Source: an uncultured delta proteobacterium (GTDB lineage Bacteria; Desulfobacterota; Desulfobacteria; Desulfobacterales; Desulfosalsimonadaceae). Taken from it: 64,000 nucleotides of DNA. Under the pieces are notes generated by a model that saw only the letters and a list, made by a program, of their open reading frames with translations, ran no database searches and was not told the origin of the DNA. The translations under genes were made by a program, and so were the position numbers. Below, in pieces: positions 63,435 to 64,000 of the stretch (the stretch's first letter is position 1; each line of letters opens with the position of its first letter). The stretch is from positions 32,001 to 96,000 of the forward strand of contig CAWGYD010000003.1 in NCBI GenBank assembly GCA_963826785.1, read 5' to 3'.

Positions 63435-64000
63435 TCACAATAGAATCTGCTGATAAAGCTGGTTGAATCGTTCTTTGGCTTCCGCGACCTGCGCCGAACC
63501 CATCCGGGTGCGGACGATCGCCTGCTGGCGCGCGGCGATCTCCTTTCCCTGGGCCGCCACCAGGCCCAGCCATGCATAGGCGTTGACATCGTTCTGGGGC
63601 GTGCCATAGCCGTTGAAATACATCATGGCCAGGTTGTACTGGGCGTTGACGTTTCCCTTAAAAGCCGCTGTTTCATACCATTTGAATGCTTTCTTAAAAT
63701 CTTTGGCCACGCCCAGCCCATTATAATACATGCCGGCGATCCGGTACTGGGAATAGAGATTTCCCTCCATGGCGGCCTGCTCGTGCCAGTGTGCCGCCGC
63801 TTTCAGGTCCTGGACCACGCCCATGCCGTTGTCATACAAAACGCCCAGGCGGCTCATGGCCTTGTCATAACCGCCATCCGCGGACGTTTTATACCATGTC
63901 ATGGCTTCATTGAAGTCTTTGTTGAGGCCGCATGCTCCATCCTCATACATGACGCCTAAACCGAACTGGGCCTCCCGGCTGCCGTTTTCAGCCGCTCTGC
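63435..64000 (-). CDS. Sel1-like repeat protein (5' end outside window)
   Basis: Repeats such as 'AQFGLGVMYEDG','AQYNLAMMYFNGYG..QN..AYAW'; frame open to the window end. Confidence 0.9.
   Translation of the reverse strand, partial: RAAENGSREAQFGLGVMYEDGACGLNKDFNEAMTWYKTSADGGYDKAMSRLGVLYDNGMGVVQDLKAAAHWHEQAAMEGNLYSQYRIAGMYYNGLGVAKDFKKAFKWYETAAFKGNVNAQYNLAMMYFNGYGTPQNDVNAYAWLGLVAAQGKEIAARQQAIVRTRMGSAQVAEAKERFNQLYQQILL

Overview
64 kb of a GC-rich bacterial chromosome. Gene content (DVU0524-like protein, FmdB-hemC-cobA/hemD, selA, GGDEF-TPR protein, Fe-S proteins) suggests a Desulfobacterota/Desulfobacterales-type anaerobe; this is inferred. About 52 kb is housekeeping: class II FBA (partial), NUDIX, hisF/hisH, cvpA, phoH-7TM-HD-ybeY-pdxJ-nnr-tsaE-lysC, pyrF, selA, gmhA, hemC-cobA/hemD, gpgS, moaA, a TolC-MFP-RND pump, a kinase-like protein, DUF4301, uppP, manC, a thiE-thiL fusion, prfB with its programmed +1 frameshift, lnt, rmlDBAC, an amidase, tig-clpP-clpX-lon and four tRNAs (Pro-TGG, Leu-TAG, Val-TAC, Asp-GTC). 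After tRNA-Asp comes an accessory-looking block: a glycosyltransferase/radical-SAM/methyltransferase-like cassette, an orphan GatZ/KbaZ-like protein, and the best candidate for an undescribed system. That candidate is a YHS(TRASH)-domain L-lactate dehydrogenase fusion, a Fur-box-like site, a Met/His-rich secreted protein, a thioredoxin-reductase-like flavoprotein without the NADPH motif, and a convergent multi-Fe-S protein. Six apparent single-base frameshifts (hisH, nnr, selA, moaA, tolC, kinase tail) all fall in the first 32 kb and are probably sequencing or assembly indels. I saw no CRISPR array, rRNA, integrase or transposase. All family calls come from motif recognition, not database searches.
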